A stretch of 62,662 nucleotides of DNA from a virus (taxonomy: Duplodnaviria > Caudoviricetes), in the IMG/VR virus record IMGVR_UViG_3300032322_000475, positions 1-62,662 of that record; one strand, given 5' to 3'. The position numbers and the translations under genes are program-made. How positions within the stretch are numbered: the stretch's first letter is position 1; every line of letters begins with the position of its first letter. The notes below the pieces were generated by a model. That model saw only the letters and a list, made by a program, of their open reading frames with translations. It made no database searches and was not told the origin of the DNA. Below are positions 46,050-54,930 of the stretch, piece after piece.

Positions 46050-46838
46050 ATGAATTTAAGTTTAGAAAAGATCCGCCTTGATGGCGGCACGCAGTCACGG
46101 GTCAAGATCGACGACAACCTAGTCGCCGAGTACGCGGAGATGATGCAGGCGGGTGTCGAATTTCCGCCAGTTGTAGTGTTTTACGACGGTACTGACTACT
46201 GGCTTTCCGACGGTTTCCACCGATACCTAGCACGCAAGCGGATCAAAGCGCCGGGTATCAAGACTGATCAGCGCGACGGCACGGTGCGTGACGCAATCCT
46301 GTTTGGCATTAGCGCCAACAACAATCACGGCAAGCGGCCAACCAATGAGGATAAACGCAAGGGTGTGATCACTATCCTGACAGATATTGAGTGGCAGGAT
46401 ATGTCTGATCGACAGATCGCTCTGATTTGCGGCGTGTCCCACACCTACATTGGACAGTTACGCAAAGAGCTGAAGGGTGGCAACGTTTACACTAAGCAAA
46501 AGCCGAGCCAGCCCAAGCAGCAGAAGCCTGCCGATCCGGTGGCCGAGTTTGACGAGCGTGAGCTACAGCGCGAGACCATGCAAGCGGCGGTGGATCAGTT
46601 GCGCGAAGAGAACGAGGAGTTGCAGGACAAGCTGGCTGTTGCGATGGCGGCAAGTACAGACGACATACAGAAAGAGAAAGCCGAGTCAATCATCAAAGAC
46701 CTTCGTTCGCAGATCAGGGTGTTGGAAATAGAACTGAAGGCTGTGAAGAGTAGCCGTGATCAGTTTCAGGCAGAGAACGCGCAGCTCATGAAGCAGGTTG
46801 CCATGCTCCAGAAGAAGCTGAAGAAGATTGAGGGATGA
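46050..46838 (+). CDS. ParB/Srx-like protein with coiled-coil tail
   Basis: GTQSR, FPPVVV, LSDGFHR, HTH SDRQIA..CGVSH. Confidence 0.75.
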   Translation: MNLSLEKIRLDGGTQSRVKIDDNLVAEYAEMMQAGVEFPPVVVFYDGTDYWLSDGFHRYLARKRIKAPGIKTDQRDGTVRDAILFGISANNNHGKRPTNEDKRKGVITILTDIEWQDMSDRQIALICGVSHTYIGQLRKELKGGNVYTKQKPSQPKQQKPADPVAEFDERELQRETMQAAVDQLREENEELQDKLAVAMAASTDDIQKEKAESIIKDLRSQIRVLEIELKAVKSSRDQFQAENAQLMKQVAMLQKKLKKIEG

Positions 46839-48022
46839 GATACCTGTCGGTATGCTCCGGCATCGAGGCTGCAACGGTAGCGTGGCACCCACTTGGCTGG
46901 CAGCCGGTGGGCTTCTCCGAGATCGAAGCCTTTCCCTCGGCTGTACTTGCGCATCATTACCCGGACGTGCGCAACTACGGTGACATGACTAAGTATAAGG
47001 AGTGGGATCTTGAATCAATTGACCTTCTGGTCGGTGGAACCCCTTGCCAATCTTTTTCCGTTGCCGGACTCCGGCGTGGACTCGAAGACCCCCGAGGGAA
47101 CCTTGCCCTCACCTATGTCGGAATTCTTGACAGGCTTAGACCCCAGTGGTGCGTATGGGAAAACGTGCCGGGTGTCCTTAGTTCAAACGGTGGACGGGAC
47201 TTTGGTTCCTTCCTTGGGGCGTTGGCAGAACTCGGGTATGGGTTCGCATACAGAGTGCTTGACGCTCAGTACTTCGGAGTGGCCCAGCGACGCCGCCGTG
47301 TGTTCGTTGTCGGATACCTTGGAGACTGGCGACCTGCCGCCGAGGTTCTTTTTGAGCGCGAAAGCGTGCGCGGGGATCCTGCGCCGAGCAGAGAAGCGCG
47401 GCAAGAAATTGCCGGAACTCTTAAGGGCGGCTCTGGCAGCCGTGGCTACCCAGACCCCAGCGACGGAAACGGTGGAATGCTGACGCTTCACCAGCCTTAC
47501 CCAGTTGCCAACTGTCTGACACAGCGAATGCACAAGGGCATCAACACCACGCTTGATGAAGGACAGACACCTATCTTGCAGGCAATACCTATTCATGACC
47601 AAGCCACAAGATTTGCAGGTAAGCGTGGACACAATCAAGACGGCAAAGGTAATGGGTTGGGCGTGGGTAGGCCGGGAGATCCTGCGCCTACGCTTACCAA
47701 GGGCGACAAGCACGCTGTAGCGCTGCCGATGGCTCCGACTTTGACCGCCACCAACGATCCTAGCCGTAGTCCGCAGTCAACAGAAATCACTAATCAGGTG
47801 GCTGCCGTACACGCTGCAAGCATGGCCGTACGTCGATTGACTCCGGTGGAATGTGAGAGGCTGCAAGGATTCCCAGATAACTACACCAACATACCGTGGC
47901 GCAAGGCAATAGATTCTCCTGATGGTCCACGCTACAAAGCATTAGGAAATTCAATGGCTGTGCCGGTGATGAAATGGATCGGTGAAAGATTAGAATTACA
48001 GATGCCCAAGCCAGCGGGCTAG
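46835..48022 (+). CDS. DNA (cytosine-5)-methyltransferase
   Basis: SVCSGI, GGTPCQ, WENVPG, QRRRRVF, RRLTPVECERLQGF, YKALGNS. Confidence 0.95.
   Translation: MRYLSVCSGIEAATVAWHPLGWQPVGFSEIEAFPSAVLAHHYPDVRNYGDMTKYKEWDLESIDLLVGGTPCQSFSVAGLRRGLEDPRGNLALTYVGILDRLRPQWCVWENVPGVLSSNGGRDFGSFLGALAELGYGFAYRVLDAQYFGVAQRRRRVFVVGYLGDWRPAAEVLFERESVRGDPAPSREARQEIAGTLKGGSGSRGYPDPSDGNGGMLTLHQPYPVANCLTQRMHKGINTTLDEGQTPILQAIPIHDQATRFAGKRGHNQDGKGNGLGVGRPGDPAPTLTKGDKHAVALPMAPTLTATNDPSRSPQSTEITNQVAAVHAASMAVRRLTPVECERLQGFPDNYTNIPWRKAIDSPDGPRYKALGNSMAVPVMKWIGERLELQMPKPAG
47010..47483 (+). CDS. Alternative-frame polypeptide nested in the MTase (M.EcoHK31I beta-like)
   Basis: TTG start 7 nt after AAGGAG; SLSDTLET..LPPRFFLSAKACAGILRRA. 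Confidence 0.5.
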   Translation: MNQLTFWSVEPLANLFPLPDSGVDSKTPEGTLPSPMSEFLTGLDPSGAYGKTCRVSLVQTVDGTLVPSLGRWQNSGMGSHTECLTLSTSEWPSDAAVCSLSDTLETGDLPPRFFLSAKACAGILRRAEKRGKKLPELLRAALAAVATQTPATETVEC

Positions 48023-48041
48023 TGCTGGCAGCGAAGGGGAA

Positions 48042-49520
48042 ATGATGGGACTAAATCTCCGCTCTTATCAAGAGCAGACGTTAGAAGCTTTACGCCAAGG
48101 ATTTGCACAGGGTAAGCGAGCGCAGATTCTTTATGCTCCGACGGGCGCAGGCAAAACAGAGATGGCAATCGAGCTGATGCGAGCGACGAAAGCCAAGGGC
48201 AACAAAGCAGCCATGCTACTTGATCGTGTTGTCCTCTGTGATCAAACATCCAAGCGGCTAGAAAAATACAGCATCGACCACGGCGTGATGCAGGCTGGTC
48301 ATTGGCGCTATCGGCCATACGAAAACATCCAAGTGTGTTCCGCGCAGACGCTTGAGCGCCGCGGCTCGTTTCCTGGTTTGAATCTGCTGATCGTGGATGA
48401 AGCGCACCAGACACGCGAACAGACGATGGAGTTCATCAAGAACAATCCAGAGATCAGAGTTATCGGGTTGACTGCCACGCCGTTTACGAAAGGCTTGGGT
48501 AAGGTGTATGACAACGTGGTCAGCACCGTTACCACCAAGCAGCTAGTCGACGAGAAGATTCTTGTACCGCTGCGTGTGTTTATCGCAAAAGAAATTGATA
48601 TGTCTGGCGCGAAGAAGGTAGCGGGCGAGTGGAGTCAGGCCGAGGCATCCGAGCGCGGCATGAAGATCACCGGTGATGTTGTTTCAGAATGGATTGCGAA
48701 GACCTATCAGATCTTTGGCAAGCCGGTGAAGACTATCGTGTTTGCTTCGGGTGTAGACCACGGCACACACTTGGCACGCAAGTTTCAGGCAGAGGGTCAT
48801 AACTTTATCTGCATCAGTTATCGGGATGATGACGAGTGGAAGAAGCAGGTCATCGAGGACTTCAGCAAGCCAGACACCAAGATCACCGGCTTAATAGCAA
48901 CGGACATCTTGACCAAGGGATTTGATGTGCCTGATGTGCTGATCGGTGTGTCGGCGCGGCCATTCTCGAAGAGCCTGTCATCCCACATCCAACAGATGGG
49001 CAGGGTCATGCGCGGCTGCGAGGGCAAGGAATTTGCAGTATGGCTGGACCATGGCGGCAACTACCTGCGGTTCCGCGAGGATTGGGATGAAGTATTCGAA
49101 CAGGGTGTCGACCAGCTAGACGAGGGCAAAGAGAAAGCCAAGCGCGAACCTACAGACAAGATCAAAGAAGCAAGCAAGTGCCCGAAGTGCAGCGCGTTGT
49201 GGCCGTCTAACAGTGACACCTGCTACAACTGCGGCCATGTGCGGGAGCGCAAGAACAAAGTAGTCGCCGTCCAGGGTGAGATGGTGGAGCTGACAGGCAC
49301 GGCATCCAAGGAAAACAAGCAGGCGTTCTGGAACCAGATGCAGTACTTGATCCGGTATGAAAACTGGAGCAAGGGCAGAGCTGCGCACACATACAAGGAC
49401 CGTTTCGGTGTCTGGCCGCGGGGTTTGATCGACAACCATCCGCAAGAACCATCAATGGACACGCGCAAATTTGTGAACAAGAAGCTTAAAGCTTTTCTTC
49501 GATCAATCGGGAGAGGGTAA
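48042..49520 (+). CDS. Superfamily 2 helicase with zinc ribbon
   Basis: APTGAGKT, DEAH, TAT, QQMGRVMR, CPKC/CYNC. Confidence 0.9.
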   Translation: MMGLNLRSYQEQTLEALRQGFAQGKRAQILYAPTGAGKTEMAIELMRATKAKGNKAAMLLDRVVLCDQTSKRLEKYSIDHGVMQAGHWRYRPYENIQVCSAQTLERRGSFPGLNLLIVDEAHQTREQTMEFIKNNPEIRVIGLTATPFTKGLGKVYDNVVSTVTTKQLVDEKILVPLRVFIAKEIDMSGAKKVAGEWSQAEASERGMKITGDVVSEWIAKTYQIFGKPVKTIVFASGVDHGTHLARKFQAEGHNFICISYRDDDEWKKQVIEDFSKPDTKITGLIATDILTKGFDVPDVLIGVSARPFSKSLSSHIQQMGRVMRGCEGKEFAVWLDHGGNYLRFREDWDEVFEQGVDQLDEGKEKAKREPTDKIKEASKCPKCSALWPSNSDTCYNCGHVRERKNKVVAVQGEMVELTGTASKENKQAFWNQMQYLIRYENWSKGRAAHTYKDRFGVWPRGLIDNHPQEPSMDTRKFVNKKLKAFLRSIGRG

Positions 49521-50353
49521 TGCGGGATCCATTTATTATCGACGAGCCAACCTGCATCTCATTCTCTGGAGGTAGGACTAGTGCGTACCTGCTGTGGCGC
49601 GTGCTGCAATCCAACGGTGGCTTGCCTGATCAGGCCATTGTTTGCTTCGCAAATACAGGCAAGGAGGAGGAAGCTACGCTCGAGTTTGTGCGTGACTGCG
49701 GGGTCAACTGGGGCGTCAAGATCCATTGGCTTGAGTATCAAGATGCAGAGAAAACCAAGGACAGATTCAAGGTGGTTGACTTTGAAACAGCTAGCCGTAA
49801 CGGGGAACCGTTTGAGCAGCTAATCATCAAGAAAAAATATCTGCCAAACCCAGTTACTAGATTCTGCACCATTGAATTAAAGATCCGGACTATCCACAGG
49901 TATCTAAAATCAATTGGCTGGAGTGACCACAACGAAACGCAGGACTGGATGGGTATCCGTGCGGATGAAATGCGTAGAGCTGCGAAAGTAGATCGGAGCA
50001 GGGTTCCCCTAGTAACCGCGGGCATCACGGCGGCAGACGTTGGGCGGTTCTGGAAAGAACATTCATTCGATCTAAGGTTGTCCAACATTGGCGGCAAGAC
50101 CCTGCATGGTAACTGTGACCTATGCTTTTTAAAGGGTGGCAACATCATCTTAAGCTTGATTGCGGAGAAGCCAGACCGCGCAGTGTGGTGGGCAAAGATG
50201 GAAACTATGGTGCAGTCAAGCAAGCTTGCAACGGGTGACGGTAGCAGGTTTCGAAACGACAGGCCATCCTACGCAGCGATGGCAAAGTTTACAGACGAAC
50301 AGGCCACGCTCTTCACCGATGAAGAGTCTATCGCTTGTTTTTGTGGAGACTGA
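49520..50353 (+). CDS. PAPS reductase-family protein
   Basis: SFSGGRTS PP-loop, NTGKE, RFCT.ELK, GIRADE, NCDLCF. Confidence 0.8.
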   Translation: MRDPFIIDEPTCISFSGGRTSAYLLWRVLQSNGGLPDQAIVCFANTGKEEEATLEFVRDCGVNWGVKIHWLEYQDAEKTKDRFKVVDFETASRNGEPFEQLIIKKKYLPNPVTRFCTIELKIRTIHRYLKSIGWSDHNETQDWMGIRADEMRRAAKVDRSRVPLVTAGITAADVGRFWKEHSFDLRLSNIGGKTLHGNCDLCFLKGGNIILSLIAEKPDRAVWWAKMETMVQSSKLATGDGSRFRNDRPSYAAMAKFTDEQATLFTDEESIACFCGD

Positions 50354-50354
50354 C

Positions 50355-51206
50355 ATGGACTTTATAGATTTCTGCCGTGGTCACGGCATCATTATCAATG
50401 ACCTGCCGCCTGTCGGATCGTGGAAGCGTTACCCAACAGAGGATCACCCGAAGAAGCGCAACGGCGCGGTCAAATACATGGGTGACCACGGCTTTGTCCA
50501 GAACCATGCGACATCCACCGTTGTCAGTCTGTGGAAGCCGGAGCCTGGTAGCCGAGTGAACATTCCAGATATGCGATCAATCATCATTAGCCAAGCGAAG
50601 GCCGACCAGGAGCGCAAGAAGTTGGCAACCGAAGCGGTGAGCAAAGCAGTCCGTATGCTGAATGAATCTGGCTACCGCAGCCATGCGTACTTGGAAAGCA
50701 AGGGGTTTCCCGATGAGCAGGGTTCGGTCTTGAACATTGAGAATAAGCCGGTGTTGCTGATCCCGATGCGCGTAGGCAAATCGTTGGTCGGCTTGCAGCA
50801 GATTTGGGAGGACGGAACAAAGAAGTTTTTGTACGGTCAGCGTACAGCCGGTGCGGCCTTCAGCTTTGACAATAAGGGAATCAACATTGTCTGCGAGGGC
50901 TACGCCACGGCGCTGTCCGTTCGGGCGGCCATGAAACAGATGAAGCATCGGTACACAATCCACTGCTGTTTTTCAGCGGGGAACATGGTCCGGGTGGCCG
51001 CAGGACTCGAGCAGGGATTGGTGATTGCTGACAATGACAAAAGCGGCACGGGACAACAGGCCGCAGCCGATATCGGATGGCCGGTCTGGATGTCGGATCT
51101 TGAGGGTGAGGATGCCAACGATTATCACCGGCGCGTAGGGCTGTTCGCTTTTAGCCAGAGCTTGCAGGCATCAATGCTCAGTCTCGCTGCGCGTTGGCAT
51201 GGCTAG
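50355..51206 (+). CDS. Toprim-domain primase-like protein
   Basis: YLESKG, LQQI, VCEGYATALS, IADND, DANDY. Confidence 0.85.
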   Translation: MDFIDFCRGHGIIINDLPPVGSWKRYPTEDHPKKRNGAVKYMGDHGFVQNHATSTVVSLWKPEPGSRVNIPDMRSIIISQAKADQERKKLATEAVSKAVRMLNESGYRSHAYLESKGFPDEQGSVLNIENKPVLLIPMRVGKSLVGLQQIWEDGTKKFLYGQRTAGAAFSFDNKGINIVCEGYATALSVRAAMKQMKHRYTIHCCFSAGNMVRVAAGLEQGLVIADNDKSGTGQQAAADIGWPVWMSDLEGEDANDYHRRVGLFAFSQSLQASMLSLAARWHG

Positions 51207-51371
51207 CGTTAAATCGCCGTGCGTGAAGGGCTGGATTGTGGCAAGGGATTGCATGATTTCAACGCCCAGGGCAAGACAGCGATCACCCTCGCCGCTGTAG
51301 TCGGAAATCACCCTGACCTGACCGTCAGCATTCTCGATCAGGTACAGGGTGAACATTTTGCGTTCAGTCAT
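51171..51371 (-). CDS. Hypothetical protein
   Basis: 66-aa ORF, last in the leftward cassette. Confidence 0.5.
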   Translation of the reverse strand: MTERKMFTLYLIENADGQVRVISDYSGEGDRCLALGVEIMQSLATIQPFTHGDLTLAMPTRSETEH

Positions 51372-51389
51372 CGGCGCAGGATAGCATCT

Positions 51390-51755
51390 TTAGTTTGTGT
51401 CAATTTCAACGTGACCTATGCGGATCACGCCATCATCTGATTCGACGGTGAAGTCGTCGTCGAATTCAATGAAGTGCCCCCATGATGAATCGTCCTGATA
51501 TTCGGGCGATAAGTCCGACACTTTGACGCAGCCAATAGATCCCGAGTCCACCAAGTAATTGCCGCCGCACGATCCCTCGTAGACACCGTCACCATAGGCT
51601 GTTTGGAACATGGCAAACCGCCGCCCGTCTGGCAATTCGAATTCACCGTCAAGCGGCTGATAACCTGCGAACCGCAGATCACACAGCCGATCCCATGTAT
51701 AGCTGTCAAGGACATAGCAAAGATCCCCAACGTAGTATTCACCCTTTTTCATCAT
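51390..51755 (-). CDS. Hypothetical conserved phage protein
   Basis: YYVGDLCYV, TAYGDG.Y, VDSGSIG; SD AAGGGGA. Confidence 0.65.
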   Translation of the reverse strand: MMKKGEYYVGDLCYVLDSYTWDRLCDLRFAGYQPLDGEFELPDGRRFAMFQTAYGDGVYEGSCGGNYLVDSGSIGCVKVSDLSPEYQDDSSWGHFIEFDDDFTVESDDGVIRIGHVEIDTN

Positions 51756-51921
51756 AGCAATCCCCTTCAATAAATTTAATCAGCTTCTGCCCTTTAAATA
51801 CTAAGTCGTCGATTTCGTTGAACCGCATCAGCGCCTGCCATTCACTATCGGCGGCAATGCATAGCCGTCCGAACCGGTTTACGGACGGCTCGAAAAAGTA
51901 AAATTCATACACTTCAAGCAT
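51739..51921 (-). CDS. Hypothetical protein
   Basis: SD AAGGGGATTGAC-ATG. Confidence 0.55.
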   Translation of the reverse strand: MLEVYEFYFFEPSVNRFGRLCIAADSEWQALMRFNEIDDLVFKGQKLIKFIEGDCYDEKG

Positions 51922-51931
51922 GTCAATCCCC

Positions 51932-52300
51932 TTATTTAATACGCACGATGAAGTGTTCGCCGCAACCGTCCGATAAATCTAACTTGTCTCCCACTTCCAT
52001 GTCGCGCAGCTTGACCCGATTCTCGGGCGTGTAGTTGCGGTCGGCGGTAAACCAAGACAGCGACAAGCTTTCGCACTTCGGCTCACCGTAACCTATACCC
52101 CAATAAGCGGAGTACACCGGCTCGGGTTTTGATAGCCAGACCATGCCCTCGGAATCGCCGTCGAGCCATTCTTGCCAACTCCGATAGACAACAACGGCTT
52201 CGTCATTGATGCCGACAACGCGCCCATCTTTTAGGTGAACGAAGTCGACAGTACAGCCGCCGCCCGAATTCATTGTTTCAACTTTGTTGATGTAGTCCAT
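51932..52300 (-). CDS. Hypothetical protein
   Basis: SD AAGGGGATTGAC-ATG. Confidence 0.6.
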   Translation of the reverse strand: MDYINKVETMNSGGGCTVDFVHLKDGRVVGINDEAVVVYRSWQEWLDGDSEGMVWLSKPEPVYSAYWGIGYGEPKCESLSLSWFTADRNYTPENRVKLRDMEVGDKLDLSDGCGEHFIVRIK

Positions 52301-52331
52301 GTCAATCCCCTTTCACAATTCGTGTGTTGTA

Positions 52332-52571
52332 TCAATAGACGCGCAAAACGTAGTGTTCTTGCGTTGGATGCGATAAATCAGCCGATTCGCTTATCAGTAG
52401 GTTGGCTAGTGTTTCGATATCGGCTTCGCTGTAGCCGTTGTCTGGCTTAAAAAAATCAGCGCCGTGAATTTCCGTGACGTGCTCGTCGACGCCGGTGCGC
52501 CAATAGCACACGAATTTTTCATGCCCGAATAGTTCGGTTTCCCGCAGGTTTCGTGGATCAGTCATTGTCAA
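52332..52571 (-). CDS. Hypothetical protein
   Basis: SD AAGGGGGA; start codon uncertain (TTG 52571 or ATG 52565). Confidence 0.55.
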   Translation of the reverse strand: MTMTDPRNLRETELFGHEKFVCYWRTGVDEHVTEIHGADFFKPDNGYSEADIETLANLLISESADLSHPTQEHYVLRVY

Positions 52572-52752
52572 TTCCCCCTTTAAATTGTCCCGATCGGATT
52601 TCTTCCCTGTAAGCAGTCTTTATATCGTCCATTGTTTCGTAAAATTCACTCCAGATTTCGCTGTCTGTCGAGTCGAAGTAATGCACCACAAAGCCGTCCA
52701 TGTCTTCGGTGATATAGAACGTGATATCGTTTTGGGTAGTATTCATTATCAA
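52558..52752 (-). CDS. Hypothetical acidic protein
   Basis: Small ORF overlapping both neighbours. Confidence 0.5.
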   Translation of the reverse strand: MIMNTTQNDITFYITEDMDGFVVHYFDSTDSEIWSEFYETMDDIKTAYREEIRSGQFKGGIDND

Positions 52753-53501
52753 TAGTCCCTTCCCTTGATTTGCACGAAGCCGCTTGTATCGGCTTTGGCT
52801 TTCCCCTTTGCGTAAAGCGCAACGACAACCGAGCGCGGCTCAATATGCCGCACGTCCGTGTCATCACCGTCGACAACCGACCAACCGCGGAACTCGGAAG
52901 GGATATCGGAGCGGTTCAGGAAAACGACAGCCGTCCGCTGATTTGCGGTATTTGAAAGACCCTTGATTGATATCGTTTTCGGAGTAAGCGCCGAGAATGA
53001 ATAAGTTAAATCGTAATTACCGGCGGTTTTTCCCTCAAGCTTGCGGCTTGGATGCTTGGTGTAATCGTAGAATTGAACGTCCGCAAAGATTTGAAAAATC
53101 GTCCGTCCGTCGATTTGGATATTCTCGAAAGGGATATCGCTTGTACCGTTAGGACGTACAAGCGGTATCAATCCAAGCTTTTCAGCGCGGCGCTTGTGCG
53201 TCCAGATATCCGCGCAAAGCGAGAGCATGAAAGCGCGGTTGCTCTGGCGGAAAAATTCGGTTTTCGCGGCTCGGGCTTTTTGTGTGCTATTGAAAGCGCC
53301 CCTTCCGGCTGTATTCAGACAGCCGTCGAAACAACCGGCAAGCTTCGCGAAGGGGCAAAGCTTCTCGTCCGGTACTAGGTAACATATGGCCGTCAAGTAG
53401 CCGATTTTTTCACCCTTGACGGTTTTGGCGCTTGATTCACCGAGTATCGGACGGTATGGCAATCCCTCGGCTTGCAATTGTGCTTTGAACGGGTTTTTCA
53501 T
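52749..53501 (-). CDS. GP88-like (radical-SAM-related) protein
   Basis: CPFA..GC..GCL Cys cluster, VRPNGTSD, QFYDYTK, DGDDTDVR, LYAKG. Confidence 0.65.
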   Translation of the reverse strand: MKNPFKAQLQAEGLPYRPILGESSAKTVKGEKIGYLTAICYLVPDEKLCPFAKLAGCFDGCLNTAGRGAFNSTQKARAAKTEFFRQSNRAFMLSLCADIWTHKRRAEKLGLIPLVRPNGTSDIPFENIQIDGRTIFQIFADVQFYDYTKHPSRKLEGKTAGNYDLTYSFSALTPKTISIKGLSNTANQRTAVVFLNRSDIPSEFRGWSVVDGDDTDVRHIEPRSVVVALYAKGKAKADTSGFVQIKGRDY

Positions 53502-53511
53502 TTGTTTCCCC

Positions 53512-53685
53512 TTAGATTGACGGAGCCTTGACGGTGACGGTATAGCCGAGCGCTTTAATCGTTTCGAGCGCCGATCGGGTTAGGGTTTTGGTATTGGCTA
53601 GCCGTGCGAGAAGCTTGGCGGTTTCGCAAGCCGGATAGATTGTCGGAATTCCGTAGATATCGCGGACGGTAACGGTGATTGTCAT
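53512..53685 (-). CDS. 57-aa hypothetical protein (below ORF-track cutoff)
   Basis: MTITVTVRDIYGIPTIYPACETAKLLARLANTKTLTRSALETIKALGYTVTVKAPSI; SD AAGGGGA. Confidence 0.65.
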   Translation of the reverse strand: MTITVTVRDIYGIPTIYPACETAKLLARLANTKTLTRSALETIKALGYTVTVKAPSI

Positions 53686-53703
53686 AATTTCCCCTTATGA
53701 TTG

Positions 53704-53724
53704 AAAAGCCGGAAGCGCTCCGGC
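53704..53724 (-). terminator. Weak terminator-like hairpin
   Basis: GCCGGA-GCGCT-TCCGGC-TTTT on the minus strand. Confidence 0.4.
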
Positions 53725-53730
53725 AAGCGG

Positions 53731-53931
53731 TTAAATTTCGGTTTTGGCGTAGTCATACATTGACCAATTGTCCCGATTTGCCCAATGCGCGAGTTCTTCC
53801 GGATCGGCAACAATTTGCCCAACGATTTGCAGAATCCGGCCGTTATGCTCGGCCTCTCGCGGGAATTGGTAATTAATCCACTTGTCGAAGAAAGCCATGT
53901 ATTCGCCGAATGTCATAAAAGCTTTGTTCAT
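53731..53931 (-). CDS. Hypothetical protein
   Basis: SD AGGGGA; first gene of the leftward cassette. Confidence 0.55.
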   Translation of the reverse strand: MNKAFMTFGEYMAFFDKWINYQFPREAEHNGRILQIVGQIVADPEELAHWANRDNWSMYDYAKTEI

Positions 53932-54171
53932 TTGGTTCCCCTAGTGATGCGCTCCGGAGTGAAGCGCTTGGACAAATCCTCTCACGAAATCCGGTATCGA
54001 TGCAATAGGTTTGAAGCGCTTATCTATTGCATAGTGTGATTGTATTTATCAATCAAGCGCCTGGAAGCGATAGGCTGGCTATCAGTTTTGACCGGGTGAT
54101 TGATTTTCTGTATTTGTTCCGGTATCGTGCGCCCGAAGCGCTCAAGTGAGCGAAGCGAACATCGGCTCAGA

Positions 54172-54888
54172 ATGAAGACACCCACTAGAAAGCAACTAAG
54201 GGAAGCTATAGAGGACAAAGGGATAGCTTCCGTCCTCAGAGTTCCCCGCCAAGCCCTCACACACAAGCAAAGAAAGTTTGCTGAAGCGCTTGTACTGGAT
54301 GAGATGACGGGCGCAGATGCTTATAGAGCCGCTTATACAGCTACCGGTAAAAAGAAAACACACGGTGATAACGCTAGTAGACTGAAAGCCGATAGCAGAA
54401 TCCAAGCTGAGATAGCCGCGCTCGAACAGGCTAAACAGGTAGCGGCATGGCATTCCGCCGAAGCTTTGCGCTCACTTGTAATTTCAACGCTCACTTCGAC
54501 CATCATTGATCCGGAAACAAAACCGGCTACGCGTATCACCGCGGCAAAAATACTTGGCACGGTGACGGAAGTAGCAGCATTCACCGAGCGCAAAGAAGTC
54601 ACGCACGTGCAAGACAGCGGAGCGATACGCGATCAGATACTCGGTCAATTGAAATCAATGATGCTCGGCTCCGATGATGCAATCGATGTCGACGCAAACG
54701 CGCTACTCACAGAATTGACCGCGGATGGTCCCCACCCTGGGGGCATACCCCCAAATGCAGAACGGGACTCCGACGCGACTGTGCATACTAATCCACTCGA
54801 ACCATCCCAACTAGAATCCAGCGAAGACCCCCCCTTGTCTCCAGAAACGCCTACCCCCCAGGGGGATATTTTTGGCCAAAAACCCTAG
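54172..54888 (+). CDS. Terminase small subunit-like protein
   Basis: LTHKQRKFAEAL...ADAYRAAY...NASRL..DSRIQAEI. Confidence 0.7.
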   Translation: MKTPTRKQLREAIEDKGIASVLRVPRQALTHKQRKFAEALVLDEMTGADAYRAAYTATGKKKTHGDNASRLKADSRIQAEIAALEQAKQVAAWHSAEALRSLVISTLTSTIIDPETKPATRITAAKILGTVTEVAAFTERKEVTHVQDSGAIRDQILGQLKSMMLGSDDAIDVDANALLTELTADGPHPGGIPPNAERDSDATVHTNPLEPSQLESSEDPPLSPETPTPQGDIFGQKP

Positions 54889-54902
54889 TTGCCATTTTGA
54901 TA

Positions 54903-54918
54903 GTGTAAACGTTTACAC
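54903..54918. promoter_or_regulatory. Perfect 16-bp palindrome, operator candidate copy 2
   Basis: GTGTAAACGTTTACAC directly upstream of the LexA-like gene. Confidence 0.65.
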
Positions 54919-54930
54919 ACAGCAAGTTTT

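Noticed and set aside
46481-46492. CAACGTTTACAC partial match to the GTGTAAACGTTTACAC palindrome (a similar one near 56048)
   Set aside because: Half-site only and inside coding sequence; may be chance
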